Assembly: GCF_000260965.1 (NCBI RefSeq)
Contig: NC_017856.1
Coordinates: 1,890,001 to 1,922,000 of the forward strand
Reading direction: 5' to 3'
Source of the DNA: Methylophaga frappieri
GTDB taxonomy: Bacteria > Pseudomonadota > Gammaproteobacteria > Nitrosococcales > Methylophagaceae
Length of the DNA: 32,000 nt
The notes under the pieces are model-generated. The model worked only from the letters and a program-made list of their open reading frames with translations, did no database searches and had not been told where the DNA came from. The position numbers and the translations under genes are program-made. This document shows positions 8,900-19,329 of the stretch, one piece after another (position 1 is the stretch's first letter; each line of letters begins with the position of its first letter).

Positions 8900-9390
8900 T
8901 ACGAATGGGAATGGTGGCCATGAGAATGGTGATGCCCATCATCATGATGGTGATGAACACCACCAGAATAGGCACCGGACTCGGGTTCAAACGGCGCCTG
9001 CATCAATTCGACCTGAACACCCAAACCAATCAGCATATCCTGCAAAACGCTATCTTGCTCCAGCTTCAGCCAGCCCGAACCAATTTCCAGTGGCACATGT
9101 CGGTTACCCAAGTGATACGCAGCCTGAGCGAGTGCTTGTGGGGTTTTTGCCGTGACGCGCATCACAGCCTGATCCGCAGCAACAACCGCGATCACCTCAC
9201 CCGACTCTGCCTGCAAAAAATCCCCACCCCGCAATATGGTGCCGCGTTTCAGGTAAAAAGCGGCTTCTGAGCCTGATTCCAAGGTCACTCTGATTCGGCT
9301 TTTTTGACGTAAATCGTAGGATAACGTTGCGACATCATCAACCGTCATCTCAGGTTGTGCGGCCACCAGCTTGGTTGTTACCGATAACAT
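8899..9390 (-). CDS. ureE: Urease metallochaperone UreE with a His-rich C-terminal tail
   Basis: GNRHVPLE motif and tail GGVHHHHDDGHHHSHGHHSHS. Confidence 0.93.
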   Translation of the reverse strand: MLSVTTKLVAAQPEMTVDDVATLSYDLRQKSRIRVTLESGSEAAFYLKRGTILRGGDFLQAESGEVIAVVAADQAVMRVTAKTPQALAQAAYHLGNRHVPLEIGSGWLKLEQDSVLQDMLIGLGVQVELMQAPFEPESGAYSGGVHHHHDDGHHHSHGHHSHS

Positions 9391-9401
9391 GGCTTTCCTT
9401 A

Positions 9402-11120
9402 CTAAAACAAAAAATAACGCTGCGCCATCGGCAGCTCTGTCGCGGGTTCGCAGATCAGTAAATCACCATCGGCAAGTACCTGATAAGTCTCCGGATCAAC
9501 GGAAACATGCGGTGTTGCATCATTTAATACCATGTCTTTTTTGCTGATATTACGACAGTTTTTGACGGCAATTAATGGTTTTTGCAACTGTAACCCCTGT
9601 ACAGCCGGATTGTGCAGCGCGGCTTCAGAAATAAAGGTCAATGATGATTGAACAGCTTTGCCAAAACTGCCAAACATAGGGCGATAATGAACTGGCTGTG
9701 GCGTTGGAATCGAAGCATTCGGGTCCCCCATTGCCGCCGCAGCAATCATACCGCCCTTCAAAATCAGACTGGGCTTGACGCCAAAAAAAGCCGGTCGCCA
9801 CAAGACTAAGTCAGCAAATTTACCGGGCTCAATTGAACCAACTTTATGTGCGATACCATGGGTTATTGCGGGGTTAATCGTATATTTGGCAATGTACCGT
9901 TTGATACGAAAATTATCGGCGTCGCCTTCACCACGTTGCGCATCTTGCGCCAGCGCGCCACGCTGTAATTTCATTTTATGTGCCGTCTGCCAAGTTCGAA
10001 TAATCACCTCACCAACCCGCCCCATCGCTTGCGAGTCCGAAGACATCATCGAAAAAGCCCCCGTATCGTGCAAAATATCTTCCGCAGCAATGGTTTCTCG
10101 ACGAATCCGTGATTCAGCAAAAGCCACATCCTCCGCAATAGCCGGATCCAGATGATGGCAAACCATCAGCATATCCAGATGCTCATCTAGCGTATTGACG
10201 GTAAAGGGTCGAGTCGGGTTGGTTGAAGAAGGCAATACGTTCGGCGAACTTATCGCTTTAATAATATCCGGGGCATGGCCGCCGCCAGCACCTTCGGTGT
10301 GAAAGGTGTGAATTGTCCGCCCCTTGAAGGCGGCCAGTGTTGTTTCGACAAAGCCGGATTCGTTCAACGTATCTGAGTGAATCGCAACTTGAATATCCAT
10401 CTCATCGGCAACCGACAAGCAAGTATCAATAGCGGCTGGCGTTGTTCCCCAGTCCTCATGCAATTTCAAACCAATAACACCGGCCTCAACTTGCTCCTTG
10501 GCAGGTTGCGGTTGAGATACATTACCCTTACCAAAAAACCCCAAATTCATCGGAAAGGCTTCAGCGGCTTCGAGCATGCGATGAATATGCCAAGGACCTG
10601 GCGTACAAGTCGTTGCATAAGTGCCGGTAGCCGGCCCGGTTCCGCCACCCAGCATGGTGGTGACACCAGACATCAGCGCTTCTTCAATTTGTTGTGGGCA
10701 AATCCAGTGAATATGACTATCGATGCCGCCTGCGGTCAAAATCATGCCTTCACCGGCAATAATTTCGGTCCCAGCCCCGATTGGAATCGTGACATCCGGC
10801 TGAATATCCGGATTACCTGCTTTACCAATCGCCCAGATATGGCCATCTTTAATAGCGACATCGGCCTTGATGATGCCAGTTATCGCATCGATGATTAACG
10901 CATTGGTTATAACGGTATCGGCGACTTCTGCAGCAGGCAATTGTGACTGTCCCATGCCATCGCGAATGACTTTACCCCCACCGAACTTGACCTCCTCACC
11001 ATGCGTGGTCATATCCTGCTCAACTTCTATCCAAAGATCGGTATCGGCCAATCGAATTTTGTCACCAACCGTTGGACCAAACATTTCGGCATAGGCCTGC
11101 CGATCAATTTCCAGACTCAT
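9402..11120 (-). CDS. ureC: Urease alpha (catalytic) subunit
   Basis: 572 aa with [28 protein letters not shown] and MVCHHLD motifs. The start overlaps the ureB stop (ATGA). Confidence 0.97.
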   Translation of the reverse strand: MSLEIDRQAYAEMFGPTVGDKIRLADTDLWIEVEQDMTTHGEEVKFGGGKVIRDGMGQSQLPAAEVADTVITNALIIDAITGIIKADVAIKDGHIWAIGKAGNPDIQPDVTIPIGAGTEIIAGEGMILTAGGIDSHIHWICPQQIEEALMSGVTTMLGGGTGPATGTYATTCTPGPWHIHRMLEAAEAFPMNLGFFGKGNVSQPQPAKEQVEAGVIGLKLHEDWGTTPAAIDTCLSVADEMDIQVAIHSDTLNESGFVETTLAAFKGRTIHTFHTEGAGGGHAPDIIKAISSPNVLPSSTNPTRPFTVNTLDEHLDMLMVCHHLDPAIAEDVAFAESRIRRETIAAEDILHDTGAFSMMSSDSQAMGRVGEVIIRTWQTAHKMKLQRGALAQDAQRGEGDADNFRIKRYIAKYTINPAITHGIAHKVGSIEPGKFADLVLWRPAFFGVKPSLILKGGMIAAAAMGDPNASIPTPQPVHYRPMFGSFGKAVQSSLTFISEAALHNPAVQGLQLQKPLIAVKNCRNISKKDMVLNDATPHVSVDPETYQVLADGDLLICEPATELPMAQRYFLF

Positions 11121-11425
11121 GACAAAGCCCCCATTACCTTGCCAGCAAAACCATAGACATGTCGTAATCCAGCTAAAGCAACTAACTCCACCGTCCGCGT
11201 CTGGCCGGGCTCAAAACGCACTGCCGTTCCCGGGGCAATATTTAATCGAAATCCATAGGCTTGCTGACGATCAAACTGTAAGGCCGTATTCACCTCATAA
11301 AAATGATAATGTGAGCCAACTTGAACCGGTCGATCGCCACTATTGGCAACATCGATAGTGACGCACTGTCGCCCCACATTCATCGGTAGTTTGCCTGTTT
11401 TTACGCGCATTTCTCCGGGTATCAT
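11117..11425 (-). CDS. ureB: Urease beta subunit
   Basis: MIPGE...[17 protein letters not shown]...FEPG, 102 aa. Confidence 0.96.
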   Translation of the reverse strand: MIPGEMRVKTGKLPMNVGRQCVTIDVANSGDRPVQVGSHYHFYEVNTALQFDRQQAYGFRLNIAPGTAVRFEPGQTRTVELVALAGLRHVYGFAGKVMGALS

Positions 11426-11434
11426 GTTGCTACC

Positions 11435-11737
11435 TCATACTATCGGGTTGTGAACCGTGACCAGCTTGGTGCCATCAGGGAAAGTGGCCTCAACCTGAAT
11501 TTCAGGCAACATGTCAGCAATCCCTGCCATGACATCCTCCCGCGACAACAAGGTTGCGCCATAATCCATCAGCTCGGCAACCGTCTGCCCATCCCGCGCC
11601 CCTTCCATAATCGCCGCTGATATATAAGCAACGGCTTCTGGATAATTTAATTTCAGGCCGCGATTTTTGCGCCGCTCAGCCACTAGTGCCGCAGTAAAAA
11701 TTAATAATTTATCTTTTTCTCTTGGCGTCAGTTCCAT
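11435..11737 (-). CDS. ureA: Urease gamma subunit
   Basis: [23 protein letters not shown]...[14 protein letters not shown], 100 aa. Confidence 0.96.
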   Translation of the reverse strand: MELTPREKDKLLIFTAALVAERRKNRGLKLNYPEAVAYISAAIMEGARDGQTVAELMDYGATLLSREDVMAGIADMLPEIQVEATFPDGTKLVTVHNPIV

Positions 11738-11756
11738 TGTGAATCAGCCTTCATTT

Positions 11757-12638
11757 TCAAGTAGCCCAGATACGAGGGCGAATCGCTGGTCGAGCAGCAT
11801 ACCAAGGACGTAATACCTGCCACAAACCATCAAAATAGTGTTTTGCATCCTGAGCACAAACGCCCATATATCTCGCTGTAAACACTTCTGGCAATGCCGA
11901 GACGCCATAATCGGCTGAACGCTTGGGCACAATATCACGACAAGCCTGTAAGACGTCAGATGGGACTTCACCTGCGGCAACCACAAAGCTGCCAAAGACT
12001 GGCCGACTGTCCAACCCGGCTAATGCCATACGAACACGGCTACTTGGCCGAATAACTGCTGACTCATTCCAGATTAGCCGTTTGTCGCGTTTAATTTGTA
12101 ATCGTTGCTGAAAACGCCCCTGATGCCAATATTCACCACTGGCCTGGCGTCCTAAACAAACCACTTCCCAGCCGGCAAAAACAGCAGATTCACATAACTG
12201 AACTTGTGTTTCTAATCTCACCTCAGCTGCATCAAAGACAATATTTTCTTGCGGTAACCATTCCAACAAACTGGCGGTCTTCAATGAAAAATTAATGTGT
12301 TGACTTGCCTGACGACCGGCAGATTTATACCATTTCGTCGCACCCGGCGTGGTAAGCAAAGCTGCCGTATGTGGTTGCATTTGGGTTGATAATTGCAGTT
12401 TATCGCCACCCGCAACCCCACCAGGCGGATGAACAATAACCCCGTGCGCGAGATCTGAGCCTTCAGGATAGAGCATTTTTTGCACCACCAGAGGACCACG
12501 ATGTTGACGGCGTGCCAATATCGTCTGATCTGCACGCTTTGCAAAATTTAGGCTTAGGCTGGCATCCCAGCCAGCCATCGCCTGGTTGGTAACAGTATGA
12601 TTAGCTTTCGTTGGTAATAAAGCAGGCTCGGTGCGCAT
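11757..12638 (-). CDS. ureD: Urease accessory protein UreD
   Basis: GWDASLSLNF, HRGPLVVQK, HPPGGVAGGD and PRIWAT motifs. The ORF-track start at 12686 is a TTG. I chose the first ATG at 12638 (AAGGAG 15 nt upstream), so the start is uncertain. Confidence 0.85.
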   Translation of the reverse strand: MRTEPALLPTKANHTVTNQAMAGWDASLSLNFAKRADQTILARRQHRGPLVVQKMLYPEGSDLAHGVIVHPPGGVAGGDKLQLSTQMQPHTAALLTTPGATKWYKSAGRQASQHINFSLKTASLLEWLPQENIVFDAAEVRLETQVQLCESAVFAGWEVVCLGRQASGEYWHQGRFQQRLQIKRDKRLIWNESAVIRPSSRVRMALAGLDSRPVFGSFVVAAGEVPSDVLQACRDIVPKRSADYGVSALPEVFTARYMGVCAQDAKHYFDGLWQVLRPWYAARPAIRPRIWAT

Positions 12639-12705
12639 GATTAAATTGAGCAACTCCTTGATCTCGTATAGACCGCAACATAGCAAACCACCAAGACTCT
12701 TTCAC

Positions 12706-13395
12706 CTAAACGGTCAGGAATTTTTTAATCATGGCAGCATCGACATTCTCACGTCGATCTTCATGAATAAACTTGCCTTTTTCAATCACAATGATCCGAT
12801 CAGCAATCTCCATGGTAAAACTGAGCACCTGCTCGGAGACAATGATGGTAATTTCCCGCATTTTACGTATTTCATTCAATACCTTAGCGATATCTTTAAT
12901 GATAGATGGCTGGATACCCTCTGTGGGCTCATCCAACAACAACACCTTCGGATTGGTTACCAAGGCGCGGGCAATAGCTAATTGCTGCTGCTGACCACCA
13001 GACAGATTGCCACCTTTGCGATGGCGCATATCATGCAACACGGGAAACAAAGCAAAAATTTCATCGGGAATCGACTTCATTTTTGATACCTGCAACCCGG
13101 TTTCAATATTTTCCTGCACCGTCAGCGTTGGAAAAATCATGCGACCTTGCGGGACGTAAGCAATACCACTGGCAACACGTTTATGACTTTCAAGTGCCGC
13201 AACCTCGGTATCAGCAACACGCACTTTACTGGCCTGACTGGGTAAAATGCCCATCAACGATTTAAACAAGGTGGTTTTACCCATACCATTTCGGCCCATA
13301 ATCGCCAACGTTTCGTTTTTGTCGGCTTTGAAGCTGATGTCATGTATCACCTGACTTTGACCGTAACTGACCTGCAAATTTTCTACTTCAAACAT
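12706..13395 (-). CDS. urtE: Urea ABC transporter ATP-binding protein UrtE
   Basis: Walker A GRNGMGKTT, signature LSGGQQQ, Walker B LLLDEP. 229 aa, last gene of the urt block. Confidence 0.9.
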   Translation of the reverse strand: MFEVENLQVSYGQSQVIHDISFKADKNETLAIMGRNGMGKTTLFKSLMGILPSQASKVRVADTEVAALESHKRVASGIAYVPQGRMIFPTLTVQENIETGLQVSKMKSIPDEIFALFPVLHDMRHRKGGNLSGGQQQQLAIARALVTNPKVLLLDEPTEGIQPSIIKDIAKVLNEIRKMREITIIVSEQVLSFTMEIADRIIVIEKGKFIHEDRRENVDAAMIKKFLTV

Positions 13396-13416
13396 GGCGA
13401 GACTCTCCGCTTCAAA

Positions 13417-14163
13417 TTAATGTCCAAGATAGACTTCAATAACTTTTTCATCCGCCTGAACTTTGTCCATTGACCCTTCCGCCAAAATTTTTCCTTGGTG
13501 AAGCACAGTGACTTTACGGGCGATTTTCTTAACAAATTCCATGTCATGTTCGATGACAATAACCGAGCGGTTTTCGCAAATTCGATTTAGTAACTCAGCA
13601 GTTTCGTCCCGTTCCTTGGCGCTCATGCCGGCAACTGGCTCATCGAGCATCAATAGCTCCGGGTCTTGCATGAGCAACATGCCGATTTCGAGCCATTGTT
13701 TTTGTCCATGACTGAGAATGGCGGCTTCCGTATCAAGAAAACGCTCCAATTGAATTTCTCTTGCCACATCATGAACGCGTTGCGTGACGGCATCGGTCGT
13801 CTTGAAAAACAAACTACCAAACACCCCTCGCCCTTCCGGGTAGGAAACTTCCAGGTTTTGGTAAACCGTCAGATTTTCGTAAATGGACGGTGTCTGAAAC
13901 TTACGTCCAATGCCCGAACGCACGATTTCATGCTCGGCCATTTTAGTCATTTCTTTGTTTTTAAAACTAATGGAGCCAGAGCTGCACTTGGTTTTACCGC
14001 AGATCAAATCCAGCAACGTCGTTTTACCCGCGCCATTGGGACCAATGACAACACGAAGCTCGTTTTTATCAATATACATCGTCAAGCTGTCGACAGCTCT
14101 AAAGCCATCAAAGGACACCGTCAGATCTTCAATCGCTAACAGGAAATCTGTTGTGGTCGTCAT
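13417..14163 (-). CDS. urtD: Urea ABC transporter ATP-binding protein UrtD
   Basis: Walker A GPNGAGKTT, LSHGQKQ, LLMLDEP. The start overlaps the urtC stop (TAATG). Confidence 0.9.
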   Translation of the reverse strand: MTTTTDFLLAIEDLTVSFDGFRAVDSLTMYIDKNELRVVIGPNGAGKTTLLDLICGKTKCSSGSISFKNKEMTKMAEHEIVRSGIGRKFQTPSIYENLTVYQNLEVSYPEGRGVFGSLFFKTTDAVTQRVHDVAREIQLERFLDTEAAILSHGQKQWLEIGMLLMQDPELLMLDEPVAGMSAKERDETAELLNRICENRSVIVIEHDMEFVKKIARKVTVLHQGKILAEGSMDKVQADEKVIEVYLGH

Positions 14164-15332
14164 TATTTGGCTCCCTCTGTAGTGGGTTCAGACGCAACCT
14201 GTTTTGGTTGAGTTTTTTCCGTTTCGACTTGCTCTGAGTTAGTAAAAAATGCCCGTAAAAAAGGGACTTTCGGGGCATATTTATTCCAAATCCCTGCCAG
14301 ACCGTTCGGGAAGAACATGACTACCGCAATAAACAGGCCGCCCATCAGGAATAACCATAATTCGGGGAAAGTTTCGGAAAAGGTTGTTTTACCCGCATTC
14401 ACCAGCAGCGTGCCGTAAACCACGCCGATCAATGACATGCGGCCACCTACTGCGGCAAAGATAACCATTTCTATTGACGGGACGATACCGACAAACGAGG
14501 GTGACATGAAACCGACCTGCAAGGTAAACATGGCGCCACCAATCGCGGCAATCACCGCAGAGATACAAAAGATAAAGATCTTAAAGTTAGACACGTCATA
14601 TCCGGAGAACCGAACGCGATCTTCTTTATCTTTCATGGCAAGCAACAGCTGACCGAACTTGCTGGTCAGGATGAACTTGCCGAGCATAATAGCGCCCAAC
14701 AGCAAAATGGCGTTCAAGAAGTACAGCAGATATTTCGCTGAATCCGTTCGAATATCCCAGCCATTCAAGGTTCGCAGGTCGGTGATACCGTTAATACCGC
14801 CGGTATAGCCCTGTTGACCGACAATCAGTACTGTCAGGATAACGGCAATGACCTGGGTAATGATGGCAAAATAGACCCCCCCCACCCGGCGCTTGAACAT
14901 CGAATAACCAATGATAAAAGCAAATACTGCCGGTACCACGAGAATCGCAATCAAGGTAAAAGTAAAGCTTTCAAACGGAACCCAGAACCAAGGTAATTCA
15001 TAGAGCTGATTCCAATCCATAAAGTCCGGAATACCTGGCGTTGTCTGGATCTTGGTGCTTTCCGGGTCTGATGCTTCCAGTTTTAAAAACATGGCCATGG
15101 CATAACCACCAAGACCAAAGAAAATACCTTGACCCAAGCTCAAAATACCACCATACCCCCAGAGCAAGACCAAGCTGATTGCGGCAAAAGCATAGGTCAG
15201 ATACTTACCAACCAGATTTAACCGAAACAGATCCAGCGCCAGTGGCAAAATCACCAGAATCAGTACAGCGAGAATACCTATTGCCAGGGCACCACGCTTA
15301 CCACCTAACAGTCGTTCATAGACAAAATTCAT
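14163..15332 (-). CDS. urtC: Urea ABC transporter permease UrtC
   Basis: 389-aa polytopic LivM-like permease with AGGAGA 6 nt upstream of the ATG. Confidence 0.9.
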   Translation of the reverse strand: MNFVYERLLGGKRGALAIGILAVLILVILPLALDLFRLNLVGKYLTYAFAAISLVLLWGYGGILSLGQGIFFGLGGYAMAMFLKLEASDPESTKIQTTPGIPDFMDWNQLYELPWFWVPFESFTFTLIAILVVPAVFAFIIGYSMFKRRVGGVYFAIITQVIAVILTVLIVGQQGYTGGINGITDLRTLNGWDIRTDSAKYLLYFLNAILLLGAIMLGKFILTSKFGQLLLAMKDKEDRVRFSGYDVSNFKIFIFCISAVIAAIGGAMFTLQVGFMSPSFVGIVPSIEMVIFAAVGGRMSLIGVVYGTLLVNAGKTTFSETFPELWLFLMGGLFIAVVMFFPNGLAGIWNKYAPKVPFLRAFFTNSEQVETEKTQPKQVASEPTTEGAK

Positions 15333-15349
15333 CTTTTATCTCCTGCTGA

Positions 15350-16273
15350 TTATTTACGAACTTTGATTGAGAACAAGCCTTCAGGGCGCATCATCAAAAT
15401 GATGACGAGGGCCAGCAAGGTAAAGACTTTGGCCATGGAACCACTGATGAAGAATTCCAGAATTGATTGTGCCTGGGCGATAGTAAAGGCTGAGGCAATG
15501 GTGCCAAACAAGCTGGCTGCGCCACCAAAAACAACCACCATAAAGGTATCAACGATGTACAAAGAACCGGATGTCGGGCCAGTCGATGCAATAGTGGTAA
15601 ATGCGGCGCCAGCAACCCCCGCAATACCGCAGCCAAGGGCAAAGGTCAGCCTGTCAACCTGTTTGGTATTGATACCCACGGCGCCACTCATGACACGGTT
15701 TTGCGTTGTCGCACGCACGTTCAACCCCCAGGTTGAGCGATACATCAAGAGAAACACCCCAATGGTGACGATAGTTGTCAGGCCAAGAACAAACATGCCA
15801 TTAATTGGGATGAAAATAGAATCTGTTGGCATCCACGATCCCATTAGCCAGTCGGGTAATGTGGGGCTAACTTCACGCGCACCAAAAATCGACCGGAAAG
15901 ACTGTTGCATGATGAGGCTCAAGCCCCAGGTCGCAAGCAAGGTATCCAGTGGCCGTTTATAAAGATGCCTTATCAAGACAAATTCGGTGAGATAACCAAA
16001 TAGTCCGGCGACAAAAAAGGACGCGATAATCGCGATGAAAAAGTAATATCCCATCAGATCAGGAAAATAGCTTTGGGTCATCACCGAAAGCAAATAGGTT
16101 GTATATGCCCCCATTGCCATAAATTCACCATGGGCCATATTAATGACGCCCATTTGCCCAAAGATGATTGCCAAGCCAAGTGCCATCAGAAGTAACACGC
16201 TGAACAGACTAATCCCGGCAAAGCCCTGCATCGCAAAAATTGACGTCAATTCTTGTATTGAATACTCACCCAT
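15350..16273 (-). CDS. urtB: Urea ABC transporter permease UrtB
   Basis: 307-aa LivH-like permease (GVINMAHGEF motif) with a GGAG RBS. Confidence 0.9.
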   Translation of the reverse strand: MGEYSIQELTSIFAMQGFAGISLFSVLLLMALGLAIIFGQMGVINMAHGEFMAMGAYTTYLLSVMTQSYFPDLMGYYFFIAIIASFFVAGLFGYLTEFVLIRHLYKRPLDTLLATWGLSLIMQQSFRSIFGAREVSPTLPDWLMGSWMPTDSIFIPINGMFVLGLTTIVTIGVFLLMYRSTWGLNVRATTQNRVMSGAVGINTKQVDRLTFALGCGIAGVAGAAFTTIASTGPTSGSLYIVDTFMVVVFGGAASLFGTIASAFTIAQAQSILEFFISGSMAKVFTLLALVIILMMRPEGLFSIKVRK

Positions 16274-16340
16274 AATGGATACTCCGAAACATTTTCCATT
16301 GAACCGAATGGTTATTAGTGATTGTGAATCTGGCTCAGGT

Positions 16341-16367
16341 AGCAGGCTGGCGAGAGGCCAGCCTGCT
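16341..16367 (-). promoter_or_regulatory. Intercistronic stem-loop between urtA and urtB (perfect 11-bp stem, 5-nt loop, no U-tract)
   Basis: AGCAGGCTGGC-gagag-GCCAGCCTGCT lies inside the 118-nt urtA-urtB spacer. Confidence 0.6.
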
Positions 16368-16391
16368 CTGTTCCAAGTCAGTCGTTAAGGC

Positions 16392-17642
16392 TTATTGGTA
16401 GCCTTCAGGGAAAGGATTTGGTTCAATCAGGTCAGACTCATAGACCACGGTTGCCTGACCGTCTTTGTTCCATTTACCAATGCGGGTTTTACTCCACAAA
16501 TGGTGGTTAGGATGTAACTTGACGTAGCCTTCTGGCGCCGTATCGAGTTCGATGTCACCGGCTTCAGAGACGGCCACTACCTTATCGACATCAAAGCTAC
16601 CGGCCTTTTCGACAGCGGCTTTCCACAACCATGGACCAAGATAAGCCGCTTGAGTCACGTCACCAATGACACTGTCATCGCCATGCATTTCCTTGAAGGC
16701 AGCAACGAATTCAGCATTGTTTGGGTTATCCAGACTCTGGAAATACTTCATAACTGAGTAAAAGCCTTCCAGGTTTTCACCACCGATACCCAATACTTCG
16801 TCTTCGGTTACCGATAACGTCAGCAAGGTTTGTTTGTCTGACGTAATACCAGCGGCATTCAGCTGTTTAAACCAGGCAACATTACTGCCACCGACTACTG
16901 CCGCAAAAATAACATCGGGTTTTTTCAGACGAATCTTATTGATTACCGAACCAAACTGGGTGTCACCCAATGGTTTGTACTCTTCACCCACTACTTTGCC
17001 GCCCAACACTTTTTCAATATGAGTACGGGCAATCTTCATTGAGGTTCGTGGCCAGATATAATCAGAGCCAATTAAATAAAACGTTTTGGCATCCTTTTCT
17101 TCAGCCACCCAGTCCAAACCTGCCAGAATTTGTTGTGTCGCTTCCTGGCCGGTGTAGATAACATTTTTGGATTGCTCAAGACCTTCATAAAAAGTCGGGT
17201 AATAGAGCAGACCATTTTCCTTTTCAAACACTGGCAGCGCCGCTTTTCGTGATGCCGATGTCCAGCATCCGAACACAGCAGCAACATCATCATTCACTAA
17301 CAGCTTTCTCGATTTTTCAGCAAAAGTTGGCCAGTCACTCGCGCCATCCTCTTGAATGATTTCAATTTGCCGGCCAAGAATGCCACCACTTTCGTTGATT
17401 TGTTTAATCGCCAGTTTTTCTGCTTCCTGTGCACCGGTTTCACTGATTGCCATCGTGCCAGTTAAAGAATGCAAAATACCGACTTTGACGGTATCGTCAG
17501 TGACGGCCAATCCCGTGGTATTCACTTCGGCAGTAGGGTAATCTGCTGCCATCGCGCTACTGGTAATCAATCCGGCAGCCACCATTGCACTGAACAGGGC
17601 ACCAGTTTTGCCTAAAAATTTTCGTCGGCTAAAGTAACTCAT
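16392..17642 (-). CDS. urtA: Urea/short-chain-amide ABC transporter substrate-binding protein UrtA (FmdD-like)
   Basis: LivK/amide-binding fold. I chose ATG 17642 (AGGAGA 7 nt upstream). The N-terminus MSYFSRRKFLGKTGALFSAMVAAGLITSSAMA looks like a twin-arginine signal. The longer ORF-track version runs into fmdB. Confidence 0.9.
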   Translation of the reverse strand: MSYFSRRKFLGKTGALFSAMVAAGLITSSAMAADYPTAEVNTTGLAVTDDTVKVGILHSLTGTMAISETGAQEAEKLAIKQINESGGILGRQIEIIQEDGASDWPTFAEKSRKLLVNDDVAAVFGCWTSASRKAALPVFEKENGLLYYPTFYEGLEQSKNVIYTGQEATQQILAGLDWVAEEKDAKTFYLIGSDYIWPRTSMKIARTHIEKVLGGKVVGEEYKPLGDTQFGSVINKIRLKKPDVIFAAVVGGSNVAWFKQLNAAGITSDKQTLLTLSVTEDEVLGIGGENLEGFYSVMKYFQSLDNPNNAEFVAAFKEMHGDDSVIGDVTQAAYLGPWLWKAAVEKAGSFDVDKVVAVSEAGDIELDTAPEGYVKLHPNHHLWSKTRIGKWNKDGQATVVYESDLIEPNPFPEGYQ

Positions 17643-17707
17643 CGTGTATCTCCTATCAGAAATTGAAGGTGAACTACGTTGTTCCCTACAGGTTGGTTTG
17701 TTAAAAA

Positions 17708-18043
17708 TTAGTGTCCAAGCATCCAGGGCCTGGCGGTCTTCTTGGTTTGCATCTGCAATCCATTTTTTGCACCAGCAGATTTGGCTGAATTGGCAGAACA
17801 GGTGTGGGTACCCGAACAGCCACAACTGGAACGTCGCAGGGTTTTCGGTTCATGCGCTGATTTTTCATTTCGCTCTTTGGCGACCCGTGTTGGTCTATCC
17901 ATCAAAGCCAGATAAGGCGCCGTAATAATCCGGCTGGCTTTGCCATGACATTCCGGACAAATCATGTCTTCATTGGCTTGTGCCAACTTGCGTAGCGCCG
18001 AAAACTCCCCACAGGTAGCACAACGATAATCATAAATAGGCAT
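17708..18043 (-). CDS. fmdB: FmdB-family zinc-ribbon putative regulatory protein
   Basis: MPIYDYRCATCGEF...ICPECHG (CxxC-x18-CxxC) followed by a Ser/Cys/Gly-rich tail. It sits directly downstream of the formamidase gene with a GGGGAGGGG RBS. Confidence 0.8.
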   Translation of the reverse strand: MPIYDYRCATCGEFSALRKLAQANEDMICPECHGKASRIITAPYLALMDRPTRVAKERNEKSAHEPKTLRRSSCGCSGTHTCSANSAKSAGAKNGLQMQTKKTARPWMLGH

Positions 18044-18062
18044 GTCACCCCTCCCCGTTTAG

Positions 18063-19286
18063 CTAAGACGCTTTACTTAAATCACTGCCTGGCGTGACCA
18101 GTTGCAGCGGCCCATCCACTGACGGATTAATGTCAAAATCAAAAATATCTGTCGGAATCCACAACGTAGCGCAGGCATTAGGAATATCGACTACCCCGCT
18201 AATGTGTCCCTGCACGGGTGCGGTCCCAAGAATCGATAGGGCTTGCTCACCGGTGTAACCAAATTTCTTCAGGTACTCGATGGCATTCAGGCAAGCTTGC
18301 CGGTAAGCCACATGCACATCCAGGTAGTGCTGTTTGCCTTGCTCATCGACTGAAATCCCTTCAAACATCAAAAAGTCGTTATAGGTTGGTGTCAGCGGGC
18401 TGTTTTTGAATAACGGATTTTTAATGCCGTACTTCTTCACCCCGCCTTTGATCAAGCTGACTTTGATATCCAGATAACCGGCCATTTCAATGGCACCACA
18501 AAAAGTGATTTCGCCATCACCTTGGGAGAAATGCAGATCCCCCATCGATAAACCGCCATCTTTGACATAAACCGGAAAATAGATTTTTGAGCCTTTGGTC
18601 AGATCTTTGATATCACAGTTACCACCATGCTCTCTGGGTGGGACCGTCCGCGCGCCTTCCTGAGCGGCTTTTGAGGCTTCATCCCCTTTCAGTCGACCCA
18701 TGACGGCAGATTGCGCATTTGGCGGTAAGGCCAAGGCGGGGACGCGTTCAGGATCAGTTGCGATCAAATCCGCTTCGCGTTTGTTCCACTCATCCAACAT
18801 CTCCCGTGATGGCAAGCAGCCAATCAGACCAGGGTGCATAATCCCGGCAAATTTCACATTTGGCACATGTCTTGAGCTGGCATAGATACCGCTGAAATCC
18901 CAGATTGACTTTCTGGCTTCTGGAAAATGATCGGTTAAAAAACCACCGCCATTTTCTCTGGAAAACAAGGCATTAAAGCCCCACTGAGAATCTTCAAATG
19001 TGCCAACATCCAGAATATCAACCACCATTAAGTCACCCGGCTCGGCCCCTTCTACGCCAATCGGGCCACTTAAATAATGGACTTGCTGTAAATCAACATC
19101 GCGGATGTCATTGGCACTGTCATTATTACCGATCTGCCCACCGGTCCAGTCCATACACTCCACTCTGAATTCATCGCCTGGTTTGACCATGGCAATCATG
19201 GGTAAGTCAGGATGCCAGCGGTTATGAATCTGGCCATCTTGTTCCCAGGGTTTTTTATCTAAATCAAGCTTTACCAACGTTTTCAT
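18063..19286 (-). CDS. fmdA: Formamidase (acetamidase/formamidase family)
   Basis: 407 aa. The N-terminus MKTLVKLDLDKKPWEQ...IHNRWHPD and GGNCDIKDL / HFSQGDGEITFCGAIEM motifs fit the family. AGGAGG RBS. Confidence 0.92.
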   Translation of the reverse strand: MKTLVKLDLDKKPWEQDGQIHNRWHPDLPMIAMVKPGDEFRVECMDWTGGQIGNNDSANDIRDVDLQQVHYLSGPIGVEGAEPGDLMVVDILDVGTFEDSQWGFNALFSRENGGGFLTDHFPEARKSIWDFSGIYASSRHVPNVKFAGIMHPGLIGCLPSREMLDEWNKREADLIATDPERVPALALPPNAQSAVMGRLKGDEASKAAQEGARTVPPREHGGNCDIKDLTKGSKIYFPVYVKDGGLSMGDLHFSQGDGEITFCGAIEMAGYLDIKVSLIKGGVKKYGIKNPLFKNSPLTPTYNDFLMFEGISVDEQGKQHYLDVHVAYRQACLNAIEYLKKFGYTGEQALSILGTAPVQGHISGVVDIPNACATLWIPTDIFDFDINPSVDGPLQLVTPGSDLSKAS

Positions 19287-19329
19287 CTTTACCTCCTGCT
19301 AGGGAAATCAACTTATCTTCAAGCGGCAG

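Noticed and set aside
8767-9270. A 167-aa plus-strand ORF with a striking Met-rich stretch (MGMVAMRMVMPIIMMVMNTT).
   Set aside because: It is the antisense image of the ureE His-rich tail (CAT/CAC codons read as ATG/GTG) and overlaps the ureF/ureE junction. It is an artefact.
15363-15962. Long plus-strand ORFs antisense to well-supported genes. This 199-aa ORF is one; others include 25849-26391, 13666-14139, 10377-10898, 9775-10155, 12631-12981 and 26654-27007.
   Set aside because: Each lies fully inside a minus-strand gene with strong family motifs. Their translations are low-complexity (Pro/Ser/Arg/Ala rich) and I saw no RBS. These look like typical shadow ORFs of moderately GC-biased coding DNA.
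17643-17825. A 61-codon N-terminal extension of urtA, as given in the ORF track.
   Set aside because: It overlaps the 3' end of fmdB. The internal ATG at 17642 has a strong AGGAGA RBS and is immediately followed by a signal peptide.
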